Shown here: in pieces, positions 39,175-52,690 of the stretch
How the letters are laid out: the number at the start of each line of letters is the position of its first letter
How positions within the stretch are numbered: position 1 is the stretch's first letter
NCBI GenBank assembly: GCA_030264375.1
Contig: JASCQW010000190.1
Location: 105,488,429-105,552,428 of the forward strand
Source of the DNA: Carcharhinus longimanus
Taxonomy: Eukaryota
Direction: 5' to 3'
DNA: 64,000 bases
Translations under genes and position numbers: made by a program
The notes under the pieces: model-generated
What the model was told of the DNA's origin: nothing
Database searches by the model: none
What the model saw: only the letters and a program-made list of their open reading frames with translations

Positions 39175-39384
39175 GTAAGAAGTCTCACAACACCAGATTA
39201 AAGTCCAACAGGTTTATTTGGTAGCAAAATCCACTAGCTTTCGGAGCAAAATCTATTAGATTTCGGAGCGCTGCCCCAAAAGCTATTGGATGTTGCTATC
39301 AAATAAACCTGTTGGACTTTAACCTGATGTTGTGAGACATCTTACTGTGTTTACCCCAGTCCAATGCCAGCATCTCCACATCAT
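39175..39384. mobile_element. Fold-back element made of two Penelope family A 3' ends
   Basis: gtaagaagtctcacaacaccagattaaagtccaacaggtttatttgg... is inverted against ...caaataaacctgttggactttaacctgatgttgtgagacatcttac; nested in a family B tail. Confidence 0.8.
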
Positions 39385-42300
39385 GACCTTTCATGATGGG
39401 TGGGTTTCCCCTCCACGTGGGACCTAGCTGTTGGAGAGTTCCTGTAAGCCTAACTGAAATGCAAATCCCTGTGCCACTAGAAGACCACCTCCAAGCAGTT
39501 CTTCTGCTCCCTGCTGCCTCCAGAAGCCAACTGGAAAATCCCTGTCAGTCTCTGAAGATGGCCCCTAAACAGCCAGCATGGAGATTAATTGATTGTAGGT
39601 GCCTCCTGCCCCAATCCCCAGCCCCCCATCTGTTTTTGGAGAATGGGGCGGGACGGGATGGTGGAGGGAACAGGCACACCCAGTTGATGGCCCAAAATTT
39701 CATGCCTGCTTCCCTTCATGATCGCCCTCATCATGGACTATAATTTCAGATCCACTGGCTAATTGGATAAATTATGTACCATGGAAGTCAGGAAACTCAA
39801 TATGGCATCATTGCGATAAAACACTACTGTGATCAGATATGGCAGTATTTGCATGTTTGAAAGTTGTGCATTTATTTTAAGCTAATTAATGAAGTAACTT
39901 CCCGTTGCTCCAATAATTAGCCTAGCATCCAGAAAAATGTGTGGTGGGCACAGATCCATCAATTTAGTATTAATCTGATTGCAGTCTTCACGAAAATACT
40001 CTCCTATATTTGGCACCAGTAGCACTACAGAATAAATCTTTCCAATTGTGCTATCTTGAAAACTCCATAATAATTCTGGTTTATGCCTTTGCAGCATGGC
40101 TTTCGCATTAAATCACTTACTCAGTTTGCAGCCAAAACAAACAGTCAGCCTCGAACTGACTGATAAAAGTTTTCTGGTCCTGTGGTTTGACAGTAGCTTT
40201 ACTTGTATTTGTCACTATGAATGCTCGTGGATCTATCTATGGAAAAAAAAATCAAATGGAAGAAAGGTATTAAACGGTGTTAAAAATTTCCTTTGGGTGA
40301 AAGGTATGGGGTGGCTGACAGTTCAGTGAATATTTGCGCGCCCAATCTACTGAGAACTGACCAGGAAATCCTCACCTTTTAACTCTGCTCCGTTAGCCCA
40401 TCTGAGCAAGAGCAGAAGTGGGTCATTACTCCCAATTGCAAGCAGGAGAAAATTGGCCACATTCTTTGCTGTCAAAACTCAGTGATCCCCTGAAAGTGAA
40501 AGGCCATATCAATTGTCTTGCNNNNNNNNNNNNNNNNNNNNNNNNNNNNNNNNNNNNNNNNNNNNNNNNNNNNNNNNNNNNNNNNNNNNNNNNNNNNNNN
40601 NNNNNNNNNNNNNNNNNNNNNCCAAATAGTCCAATTGAGCTAAATACTTAACCTCCACATGGTACTAAGGAGAAAAAAGACTTTTATCCTCCAGTTCCCA
40701 ATCATGAAACATTGCTTGAAATGAAAATAAGACTTCTGGAGTGCGCTGCATCTTATTCATAGACACATAAAAACTAGGAGCAGGAGTAGACCATTTGGCC
40801 CTTGGAGCCTGCGGTACCATTCAGTATAATCATGGCTGATCCTCTCTCAAAAATGACATATTTGTGCTTTCTCGCCATACCCTAAAGACTTTGCTCACAC
40901 TTTTCTTACGTTTGCCTGCATCTACTTTGCATGTTACATCTCTCTCAGGACAAATTCAGATGCTTAATCAAGGGATGTGGGTTCGCTGGCTAGGCCAGCA
41001 TTTATTGCCCACCCTTAATTGCCCTTGAGAATGAAACAGACATGCCAGAAATTGTTCAGTGCAAACTCATTTCTGTTGGATTTTTTTCAATTTCTAATTA
41101 TCACCAACATTGTTGCATTTATCTTCCATATTCCAGTTTTAGTGCACAGTATAATTTTTCGTCTAAGAAAGAACTACAACTTTTTGTTAAGAAATATGAA
41201 CTTTTGTCACAGTTTGAGGTGATGAATGTCACCAAAGGCTACTGGAATGACTTGAATCTGTACCTGTGATTTTTGAAAGAAAATATCAGTGAAATAAAAC
41301 CACACACGTTTTCAAAAGTGCCAGAACGCATTAAAGGTAGAAGGTTATTAGAACTCTTTGGCTCCATGATGCTCTTAATAGCTTTTGACTAAATGAACTC
41401 AGATGCACTAGATGATTTAGCCAAAACCCAGAAAGCTGAGCAGAAATCTGACCCAATATAGATTTGAATGCAGCATAACTGAAAGTTATAATTAAATTAG
41501 TTTCTTTTGAAGATGGGATCAAATCCACACATGAAGCAAACTTCCACATTTAAATTTCCCCAGTATTTCCAAAAAACAGATCTCTACCAATTGCAGTACT
41601 AACTAATAAACCTCAAGCATTGGCAAGTCTTCTGAGTTGGACTTGGCTGAGGTGTCCATCTCAATTAGCTCCAGCTGTATTTTCAGTTCCAGAGAAGTGT
41701 CATATCGGACACAAAACATCAACTTTGCTTCCCTTTTTACAGATGTTACTGAATGTGCTGAGTTTTTTTTTCTCAGTACTTTCTGTTTTTACTTTCAAGT
41801 ATTTTAGATCCAGGCTCCATGTCTGGTGGTTGCCTACCTGAATGAGGTACCAAGAGGGATTTATGCACAGAAGCAGAATAATTCACCACCTTCAAGAATT
41901 AAAATGGACATTAAAAATTCTCATTTTTATTTTCAAATCCCTCCATGACCTCACCTCCATCTATCCTTGTCTTCACCTGCCCTGTAGCCTTCACCTGCCC
42001 TGTACCCTTCGCCTGCTCTAACTTTCCAAGATTTCTGTACTTTTACAATACCAGTCTCTTCACTGCCAATTTTTAATGTTCCAATATTAGCCTTCAGCTT
42101 TTCAGACCTTAAACACTGAAATTATTTCCCTAAACCTCTCTCTCTCTTCATTTAACAATGTTCCTAAAACTACCTCTTTCATCAAGCTTTTGGTCATCTG
42201 TCCTAATATCTATCTTTATGTGGTTTGGTCAAATGTTGCCTGATTATGGTCCTGTGCAGTGTGTCAGGATTTTCTATGATATTGAAAGGATAATTTACAA

Positions 42301-43950
42301 AACACATTTGTTTAAAACAATTTGCATACACCTGGTCCACTGGTTTGGCCATTTAAGACTGAGACGAGGAGAAATGTCTTCGCTCAAAGGGATATTAATC
42401 TTTGGAATTCTCCAAGCCAGGGAGCTTGTGGATAATCAGAAATTGAGGTCATTCAAGCCAGAACATGGTATGCTTTTGTTGATTTAAGAGAATGAAGGGA
42501 TAGGAGATCGTGTGTGCAGGTACATCTGAGAAGATCAGTCATGATCTTACTGAATGGTGAAGCAGGCTTGAGGCCCAGAATGACCTACGCCAGCTATTGT
42601 ATGAACAAACATGCTTTTCACCTGCACATCATTTTAAAAATTGAAAATAACGTATAGTTGCAGTAGACATCCTGTGCAACAGAAGTGGGAGAGCTTCAGC
42701 TGTCAAGCACTATATTCTTTTTAGCAGGCTTCTCCTCACTTTTGCCATCACCTTTAACGGTGAATTGGAAAGTCATTGCGAAGCAATCACAGCTTTCAGC
42801 TGCACAATAGATGACTCGTAGCAGCTCACACCACTTCTGATACACTTAATGAGACACCTATCCACAAACATTGTACTGATATTAACTGTATTATTGACTC
42901 CAAAAGGATTAGGCCATGGACTATTTTCATATTGCTATTAGGGGGTGTGGGCGGTCTCTTACAGACTATTTGATCTATTGTTTCTATTAATGAGGGAGCT
43001 AAAAATGATGCATGGTCAATCAGAGCTCACGGGGAATGAGTGATACTGCACTGCTATGGCATAATGTGGTGATAAGAAAAGGATTACTCATGTTAATAGG
43101 CTTGGCTATTGCAGTCTTCTAAGGCTGGGATTGAGGTGTGTTGCTGCTGCTGTGTTGTGACCAGCACTTTATTATTCATCTGAGACGTGATTGATGCTGT
43201 CAACAGGAGGAAGCAAAATAATATGTTTTCCTTTGGTGCCAGAAATCAGCTTCATGTCCTGGCCAATATTTATTCTCAAACGACGACTTTAAAGAAGACA
43301 TTATTTAATTACTGTTTGCTGGATCACACGATGTTCAAACTGGCTGCTGCATTTCCAACATAATGGCTGCGATTCTCCCGAATGAATTCTAAGTGCAGCC
43401 GCCAGTGGGAAATGGGTGCATTTCCTGCTGGACTTGGTAACACTACTGAAGTGGAATGCAATGACTTTGAAACTGAAAAAAAATGCCTCTATATGATCCA
43501 CACTGGGCCAATCACACCTGGCTTCTGTCTGATCTTACTGAATGGTTATACCATCACATTCTATCCGCTATCCTTCTTGGATGTCTTAAATCACCAAAAG
43601 CATACTGTATTCTGGCCTGAATAACCTCAATATCTGATTATCCACAGTTCCCTGGCATGGAGAGTCCTAAAGATTAATAACCCTTTGAGTGAAGAAATTT
43701 CTCATCTCAGTCCTAAATGGCCAATCCAGTGGTCCAGGTGTATGCAAGTTGTTTTAAAGAAATGCATTCTTACAATTCTACTTTCAATATAATAGAAAAT
43801 CCTGAGACACTACACAGGAGCATAATGTAGGGCTCCAAACTTGGCAATCAACTGCAGCTTACATTCAAGAACCCTGTTTTTCCTTCTTTCAGAATAACTG
43901 AAGGAAGAATAACCCAGTCTCACATTACTGCAAGAAGCATTTCATTTTAG

Positions 43951-44118
43951 ATCTTTTATGAGACCAATCTTTTGGAGTTATAACTGTGGACTTATTTCTG
44001 ACAGTCTCTACTGCAGCAGGAACCCAGAAGTAATCATTGAAGCCTGTAACAGAATTGTTCCCCAAAAATGTAGTTCATCACAAGACTATTTAGACATTCC
44101 ACGCAATGTTCATTTAAA
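43951..44118 (+). CDS. Candidate internal coding exon, product unknown
   Basis: ttcattttag acceptor, 168-nt symmetric exon SFMRPIFWSYNCGLISDSLYCSRNPEVIIEACNRIVPQKCSSSQDYLDIPRNVHL, gtatgt donor. Confidence 0.2.
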
Positions 44119-44231
44119 GTATGTGATCTAACTGAATCAAACCTATAGTTTTCCCCATGACAACTGCATCTCAGTGGTGCCATCTTTCACACACACTCAT
44201 GATAATAGAATGAGTGCAGCCTTGAAATTGT

Positions 44232-44515
44232 GGGCAGCGCAGTAGCACAGTGGTTAGCACTGCTGCTTCACAGTGCCAGGGACTTCTCAGACGTTCGATT
44301 CCCAGCTTGGATCACTGTCAGAGTGGAGTTTGCACATTCTCCCATGTCTACATGAGTTTACTCTGGCTGCTCTGGTTTCCTCCCATAGTCTGAAAAATGT
44401 GCTGGCTAGGCATTGACCCGAACAGGTGCCAGAGTATGGCAACTTAGGGGAATTTCACAGTAACTTCATTGCAGTGTTAGTGTAAGCTTTACTTGTAACT
44501 AATAAACAAACTTTA
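44232..44515 (+). mobile_element. V-SINE with alternative tail
   Basis: Same structure as 33163-33458. Confidence 0.85.
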
Positions 44516-46707
44516 CCCAGTGCAGGAGCATCAGAGTGGCACAATAGACTAAAGTTTGAGCTTGTATACAATAAAGCAGAGAGAGATTAACACACATAAA
44601 ACCTCACGAGTTTCCAATATCATCTAATGATTGGAAACAAATGCTCCCCACATGGGGAGGGAGTAGCTCTTGCATACCTCCTAGAAATGTTGAAAATGAT
44701 GAGAAACCCATCATAAAATGACCTGCATTCTTGCGTAGCACTTTATAATTTAAATAACTCCTCAGAGGCTGGTGTTCCTTCACCAAATTTCCTTTATTTT
44801 TAAGCTCTATTCCACTTCTCGAGCGCTTCAGGTACAAATTCAGAATCAGAAGTGCCAGTGGATCTGACACTCCCACATTTATATAGAAGTGAGGCTTCCT
44901 GTTTGGGCAAGCAATTGTGACCTCAGTCAGGGACTTCACACTCCAAGAGGCCAATCTCATGGTTGAAGTCATTACAATCATGTCATCATAATGTTCCAGA
45001 GTGCCAATATTGTAATGTTATTAACAGCTCTTAAGAAGGTGAACAAAGTCATGCAGAAAGAGTGTAGTGCTATAGTTAGCAGTTTTCACATTTAGGATCT
45101 GGCAAGTTAAGTGTTTTATTGTCACAACTCTCAGCTCAATTTCAAATCCAAGGTAGCCACAACAGAAGCCAGATTTGTGAAACTTCTAAAGCTGCTTTGA
45201 GCCAACTTTCAAATGGACAAGATCTTGCAATCTCATATGTCAATGGCAGAATTATTTGGATGTTTATTTCATTCATTTGAATGGTGTGTCTGAGGGTCTC
45301 ATTGGAGGAAATGAGGTGATTGGCTATAGATTTATGGAAAATAATCGCAGAGGATGTGGCCAATCAGCTGTCAACTGAAAGTGTTTCAGTTTTCAGCCTT
45401 TGGCAGTAGCCCCGTAGCTCAGGGTACTTCTCTTGGATAACCATGCACTGTATGTTTCAGAAGCTTTCTGTCAGAGCAGCAACATGGAGGGTGAACCTTC
45501 CACAGGATGGCATCTAGCCACTTTTGTGGCCTTCTGATAATTGTGGCTGTGGGGGTGCGGTGGGGGGATTAAATGTGACATTACTGGCCTGCCGACGCAG
45601 GATTATTTTCAACCACATGGGATTCAGCCCCAGTGGGTGGCCCATATGCCACTTAGACAATTGTAGGCAGGATGTGAAGTGTGCCTTTAACTGGCACTTT
45701 AATTGACCTCATTGACTATCCCCCACTCATGGGCAGGTAACTGTAACCCCAACCCCAGAAGTAACTTCTCTCAAGATAGGCTGAGGTGGGAATATGCTGG
45801 TGAACTGGTACCAGTACTGGCAGGAGGCCTGCCTCCAAACCTGCCACCTTCAGTAAAGGTAAATTCAGCCCTACAAGTCTCCCATATAAAGTAGTTACAT
45901 CCAAGATGAAGATATACCACGTTCATAAAATATAGATCACTTCTTCAATCTTCAATGACATGAAATTACTGTTCAATAAAGTGATGAAGATTTTGCAGAA
46001 ATAAAATCTGGAAGCTAATTTATTTCAAATGCTATAAAATTTTAGCTTTGACTTCATATTGCACCGTTAACTCAGTGTTGTAATAAAATGTAAAGTAACG
46101 CCCCATTTAAGAAACCCCAGCTTATTTGGACTACCAACATAAAACGGGATGTGGGATAATTAACATGGCATTTTGTTCTGACATATTTGATTTGTCTACA
46201 TGACTTATGTGAGCTTAATACCCCCCATGGGGCAGTTTAACTGCTATGAAGCTTTCCAACATTTCAAGAAATCAATTGCTATCGGCAGAGAACTGTGGAC
46301 AGCTTAGGAATTAGATGATAGGAAAATGTCTTGAGAATCCCGATCTACTGTCATATTTCCATGTAAGTAATTATTTCTGTGCGCTGATTACTTTCATAGC
46401 TGATCTTGTCAATGGTTAAACCAGCTTAACTTAGGGCCAAATAGAAATAAGGTTGGAATTCAGTCTAATGTATTTTTCATGCGAGGCTGCAGTTCGATAA
46501 TGATTTAAATTTTCCAGGCACCGTATTTTGCTTTGCCAAATATCAGAGTACACAGCACAGAAGAGCAATAGCTTTCAATTAGAGGCACTCAGCACCTTAA
46601 TAATTTTCAATTCTCTTGAATTATGGGTGCTACGTGATGCACAGCTGTGGATGCTATGATTGACAGGACAACAGGGCGAGTGAGCTGAAGGGGAAGGAAA
46701 AAAATGA

Positions 46708-46850
46708 TGGGAGGAAACCGGAGCACCCAGGGGAAACCCACGCAGACACAGGGAGAACATACAAACTCCACACAGACAGTGACAGAAGCCGGGAATCGAA
46801 CTGGGGTCCTTAGCACTGTGAGGCAGCAGAAATAACCACTGTGCCGTCAA
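46708..46850 (-). mobile_element. V-SINE 5' half
   Basis: Head and V-domain only. Confidence 0.8.
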
Positions 46851-47451
46851 GCATAGCACGCAAGAAACAGTACTTTTCACTATGGACCAATACATATAAC
46901 GATAATAGATCAAGTCAGTTAGATCATAGCTTATGCAGGACTTAGTGAGAAAGTAATTCTGAATGCGCCACAGCAGAGGTTGTGGCAAATCAGAAGGCAC
47001 ATAACCGACGGTCAGGCAATAATGGTGTTTTGTTGGTGGCAGAACACCAATAATAATCATTTAATTTGACATGATCTCTTTTTTTTTAAGCCATGCTTGC
47101 AGAACCAGGAATTACATGTTTACATCGGAAGTTAAACGATCTGATCACTAGGTTCAGTTTATGTAAACAAACTACATTATGTTGTCACTGTCAATCAGTT
47201 CATTCTTGTTTAATAGTAATAGGAAAAAATGAAAAGTCAAATGTATCCTACTTCTGAATATCATCAGTTGGTTTTATTCTGATTAAGTAATTGTGTTTTT
47301 CATTTGAACTTTTTTCTCCATTCATGGGATATGGGCATTACTTGCAGTGCCAGCATTTATTGCCCTCTGTGCATTTGAACTGAGTGGCTTGCTAGGCCAT
47401 TTAAAAGTCAACCAAAGTTGCTGTGGATCTGGAGTCACATGTTGGCCAGAC

Positions 47452-47775
47452 CATAGAACCCCTGTAGTGCAAGAGAGGCCATTTGGCCCATTAAGTCTCC
47501 TCTGACTCTCTGACACAGTATCTTATCCCTCATCTTGCCCTATCCCTGTAACCCCACACATTTCCCATGCTAATCTATCTAATTTACACATCTTGGGACA
47601 CTAAAGGATAATTTATCATGGCCAATCCACCTAACCCACACATCTTTGGACTGTGAGAGGAAACTGGAGCACCCAGAGGAAACCCACAAAGACACGGAGA
47701 ATTTGCAGTCACCCAAAGCCAAAATTGAACCCAGGTCCCTGGAGTTGTGAGGCAGCAGTGCTAACCACCGTCCCC
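47452..47775 (-). mobile_element. HE1-type V-SINE
   Basis: Full element on the reverse strand. Confidence 0.85.
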
Positions 47776-48059
47776 TGTTCTTTTTCTTTTTCCCATTCCC
47801 CCAACCTCGCTCTCTCATCACTCGCAAGATGGAGGATGGGCACCACCAACTTTCTTCCTCAACCCACTGCCGCCTGCGCCGCACTCTTGCTCCCCATCCC
47901 CACGCTGCCTCACCCAAGTAAAGAATTGAACCAAATGGAGTTTTGCAACAATCGATTCATGATCATTAGACTTTTAATTCCAGATTTGTTTTACTGAATT
48001 CAAGTTTCATCATCTGCTGTGTGGAATTCAATCCCAGGTCACCAGGGCTAGAGTAACTA

Positions 48060-48325
48060 GGGCGGCATGGTGGCACAGTGGTTTGCACTGGCACTTCACA
48101 GCGCTAGGGACCCAGCTTGAGTCACTGTGTGAAGTTTGCACGTTCTCCCTGTGTCTGTGTGGGTTTCCTCCGGGTGCTCTGGTTTCATCTCTCATTTTGA
48201 AAGATGTGCTGGTTAGGTGCATTGACCCGAATAGGTGCCGCATGTGGCGACTAAGGGGATTTTACAGTAACTTCATTGCAGTGTTAATATAAGCCTTACT
48301 TCCGACTAATAAATAAATTTTAACT
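48060..48325 (+). mobile_element. V-SINE with alternative tail
   Basis: Same structure as 33163-33458. Confidence 0.85.
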
Positions 48326-48884
48326 TTTAGTCTGGTCACAATATCACCACACCATTGCCTCCCCTGCATGGTCTATTGCAATCTCGGTTTCAAAAGAGAA
48401 ATGAAAACAGCAAGAGTGCACAGGACAGCCAGAAAGAATGTTCTCTGAAGTTAATTTTAGACTAAACTCCAAAATGGCTGCCAAACATAAGCCACTTGAT
48501 AGAATTCACTGTGCAGTATTCTGTGGATGTTTACTTGTACTCAAAGCAGCATGAGTTTTTTGCTGAAATAACCTTTGTTGCTGCCTTTGGCTCTGAGATC
48601 ATTGTCATTTATGCCCTCAGATGAAACAATTTGATGTTTTTAAGGGGAATTTTTTTTTACATGAGTGACAGTGGGATAGAGGAGAGGTTGATGGGATGAG
48701 ATGAAGAGCAGGTGAATGAGGATTGTTGGGTCCAAATGGTCTGACCCTCTGTTGTTCATTCATTCTTCCACTGGGGGAGGAGGTACTGAGTATTTTTTTT
48801 CTTGTGTGGGCCAAAGGTTTTTTCCATAAATTTAGCCTAACCTGGATAAAAAAGGTTTTGCACCCATTGGCCGATTAGGTTGAT

Positions 48885-49045
48885 TGCGGGTTAGGTTGAT
48901 TGATGATGATAAATTGACCCTAGTGTCAGGGGGATGAGCAGGGTAAATATGTGGGGTTATGGGAATAGGGCCTGGATGGGATTGTTGTCGGTGCAGACTC
49001 GATGGGCCGAATGGCCTCCTTGTGCACTGTAGGGATTCTATGATT
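48885..49045 (+). mobile_element. HE1-type V-SINE 3' half
   Basis: gggccgaatggcctccttgtgcactgtagggattctatgatt tail. Confidence 0.85.
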
Positions 49046-49908
49046 GGCCTGGTCATGAGTATGAATCAGTGAGACCACAAACAGAGAGGGAAACAGGAGT
49101 AGTCTGCAAGGGCTAAGTGGCAATGGGCAGCTTTATTTTTCCAAATCAGCCGGTACTGACTTTGCTTTGTGGTTTTCTAGGGCAGGGAGGCACTAAGAGG
49201 TGCACTTAGTGGCACAGACCCTGACTATAAATATTTAAATTGGTGGTTTCCCTTTGAATGGATAATTGTTGGTGGGCTTGATATGGTAATGCAATGTTGG
49301 AGCCACCGATGTTTAAAAATACCAACAGTGAGAAATGACGGTGGGAACGTAGGATCCCAACTGTCATGATAGGATAATGGCAGGCCACAGTCCCGCCAGA
49401 AGCCATTGAGGAGCCATTTTTCATCTCATTGTCAGTGTTCAGACACCCAACTGGAATTGTCCCCATCTGTCCAACCCCCTGCCCACCAAAAGGATTTCAC
49501 GCCAATCCAGAACGTATCCGGACCAATGTGGTGCGCATGTTTCAGGACTTAACTGCACGGAGATGTGGAACGATTTGTGGACTCTGAGCAGATGGGGTGA
49601 AGTTGTGCAATGTCACCGTCTCAGGATGCAGCGGAGGCCATTTAGAACTGAGATGCGGAGAAATGGAAAGAGGATTAATGATTGTATGCCTACCTCCTAC
49701 ATAGCACCAGACACGATCCTTAGGTTTCTGTGTGAATAAGTTAAGCATGGCTCCTCAGTAAATGGCTGGGGGAATCTTCACTCACATTACATAAGAACAT
49801 AAGAAATAGGAGCAGGAGTAGGCCATCTAGCCCTTCGAGCCTGCCCCACCATTCAATAAGNNNNNNNNNNNNNNNNNNNNNNNNNNNNNNNNNNNNNNNN
49901 NNNNNNNN

Positions 49909-50030
49909 CTCCACTCACGAAAGAACAGCATTCCGATACCTAGTGGCGTTTACTACCAAATAAACCTGTTGGACTTTAACCTGGTGTTGTGAGACTTCTT
50001 AACCCCAGTCCAACACTGGCATCCCCACAT
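49909..50030 (+). mobile_element. Penelope family A 3' end with decayed hammerhead
   Basis: ccactcacgaaagaacagcattccgatacctagtgg followed by aaataaacctgttggactttaacctggtgttgtgagac. Confidence 0.75.
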
Positions 50031-51113
50031 TAAAACAATCTCGACAGTTGCCCCGCAGCAATTTTGCGCTGGAAGCAGCATTGATTGCTTCAAGGCAAGA
50101 ACTGCTTGCTTCTTGGAAGGAAGGCCCGCCTTAGAGAGCTGCTGCCTTCAAACCTGCAGGAGGGAAACATAAATCCCAGCCTTTGAATGTGCCCCCATGA
50201 ACCATTATCCTGATATACTGTGAGCAGGTGAGTATCACAAACCATAGAAATATGGCAGGAAAGCTATTCAGTAAAAATGTGTGAGAAACATTAAGTAAGG
50301 AAAATGGAAAGAATGGAGATCAAATGGAGAAGGCCACAAAAAGGCCAAATTTTTTCTGCAGATGTGCAAGATTTGTGACAAGCCACGAATTGAAATCTTT
50401 GTTCCATGCCTGTATTATGGATTACATTTTTTTTTCTTAATTCCTTTAGCACAATTACATTCCTGGGCATGAGTCATAAGGCTCATTTATGTCTGCCAGC
50501 AATGCTGAGACAGTCAAATGATGCTAACTCTGGTCTTCCATTTGCCAGGTAATCAATCAGGTGTCACACTCAGCCTCCACAAACTTAATTTGGAAATATT
50601 TTCAAAAGATTAAATGATCGTAAAACCAAAGCAGAGCAAGGAAATTACTAAATTCTTTCTTGATCTGCAATGATATGCACAATTTGTTTCAACCCATCTT
50701 ACCAAATCTCCAAGTTGGCATTGTGGGAAAGTGCATTTAATTGAATGGTTAATTTTCAATTTGCTGTATTTGTTTATTGAGTGAAAGTCAAATTCTGTCA
50801 TTGAATCATTATAGAGTGATTTGCGTGTTTCTCAGTTTTCGCTAGATAGCTTGTGCTGTGGACACACTGTGAGCTGAAAGGGTAGGGTTACCTTGGCTCC
50901 AGATTTCTTCCCCATCAGCTGCCAGTAAACGATTTCATATCATGTAGCTGACGACATACTTCATGGAAAGCAAGCCAGACACTTAGTCTCTCAAAGAATA
51001 GAGTTTCCCTGCTGATGTGAATTCCACGGGTGTAGCAGAGGGTATACCCAGGGAGTTGGAGCATTCTCACGTTTCATTTCTGGGCTTCTTACAAGGAAAT
51101 ATGGTGAAAAGAT

Positions 51114-51267
51114 AAAAGCAAATTACTGCGGATGCTGGAATCTGAAACCAGAAGAGAAAATGCTGGAAAATCTCAGCTGACAAAGGGTCATCTGGACTAG
51201 AAACGTCAGCTGTTGTCTCTCTTTACAGATACTGCCAGACCTGCTGAGATTTTCCAGTATTTTCTCC
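51114..51267. mobile_element. Fold-back derivative of a second family (family B, probably PLE 3' ends)
   Basis: gagaaaatgctggaaaatctcagc / gctgagattttccagtattttctc inverted arms with a hammerhead-like core between; related copies near 20193, 39070 and 41690. No linked ORF seen, so PLE identity is inferred. Confidence 0.65.
51174..51212 (+). ncRNA. Decayed hammerhead motif of a second PLE family
   Basis: CTGACAA-A-GGGTC-ATCTG-GACTA-GAAA-CG-TC-AGCTG: palindromic ACGU stem III and GUC triplet, but A at core position 8 and a mismatch closing stem II. Confidence 0.55.
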
Positions 51268-52169
51268 AGTGAATTACAATGAGTCTTCCGACATATGTTC
51301 CATATGCAAATACTGTTACAAATATGAAACGATAAGGTTGCTGTGTTTGGGATTGTGTTTTTAATTTAGGGAGAATGGAGGAACGAAGGGAGTCACATGA
51401 CCTGCCTGGGTGTCTTGGTTGTTAAAGGTTAAAATGGGGCCAAGATTGTTTGGCTGGGAAGAAGATGCACAATATTCACAGCTGGAAACAGTGACCTGAG
51501 CAGCTGTGCTGATGGTGGATAGGCTGTTACAGTCTGAATTTTCACTGTTGTGTCAGGTACATAGAATTAGGCAAAATCTCCTGCCTCCACAAACGGGACA
51601 AACTTCCCTGGATTTTCTTTTTTGGAGGCTATGGGTGATTGAGGGTTGGGATTGGGAGTGCGGGGAGTGGGGGGGAGAAGGCAGAGTGCAAAGTGACTCT
51701 TCAATAGATCTATGATCTCTCCAAAAGAGTACTGGAGCACTTCATAGACCTCCAATAGGTTTAGATGAATTCAAATTTGTAAATCCCACAAGTCATGTTT
51801 CCGATATCTTGATGATTAAAATTGCTTCTGAGTGAAGGCAGCTACCTTTTTAAGTGTGCTGCGGTATTCATGAACTTGAATGTGTGAAATACATCTCACC
51901 CATGTCCACCAGCCCCCTCCCATCTGTCCACCCAACTCAAGCAAAAATGGTGGATGCTTGATTCAGGAGCGTAACTTACAAATTCGGGGCTCTGGCACTA
52001 TTTTGGCTGAGAGCCCTTTTGTCTCCTTGTCCCAGAGAGATGTTAGGAATGTCAGGTTTTATAAACATTTACATCTTAAAGTGCATATTTAATTCCAAGA
52101 TTGAATGAAATTCAGGTTTGGAGAACAGCTAATTAGCATTTCTACCTGGATATATAGTCCCTGTGATTC

Positions 52170-52690
52170 ATAAAAACATAACAACTAGGAGCAGGAGTAG
52201 GCCATCTGGCCCCTCGAGCCAGCTCCACCATTCAATAAGATCATGGCTGATCTTTTGGTGAACTCAGGTCCACTTACCTGCCCACTCACCATAACCCTTA
52301 ATTCCTTTACTGTTCAAAAATTTATCTATCCTTGCCTTAAAAACTGCTTCACTGGGCAGGGAATTCCACAGATTCACAACTCTTTGAATGAAGAAGTTCC
52401 TCCTCAACTCAATCCTAAATCTGCTTCCCTTATTTTGAGGCTATGCCCTCTTGTTCTAGTTTCACCCGCCAATGGAAACAACTTCCCTGCTTCTGTCTTA
52501 TCTGTTCCCTCCATAATTTTATATGTTTCTATAAAATCTCCCCTCATTTTTCTGAATTTCAATGAGTACAGCTCCAGTTTACTCAGTCTGTCCGCATAAG
52601 CCAACCCTCTCAACTCTAGAATCAACCAAGTGAATCTCCTCTGCACCCCTTCCACTATATGCCTTCTCAAGTAAGGAGACCAAAACTTAC
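52170..52690 (-). mobile_element. CR1 LINE 3' end
   Basis: FWSPYLRR...VQRRFT...RGDFIETYKIM...TRGHSLK. Confidence 0.9.
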
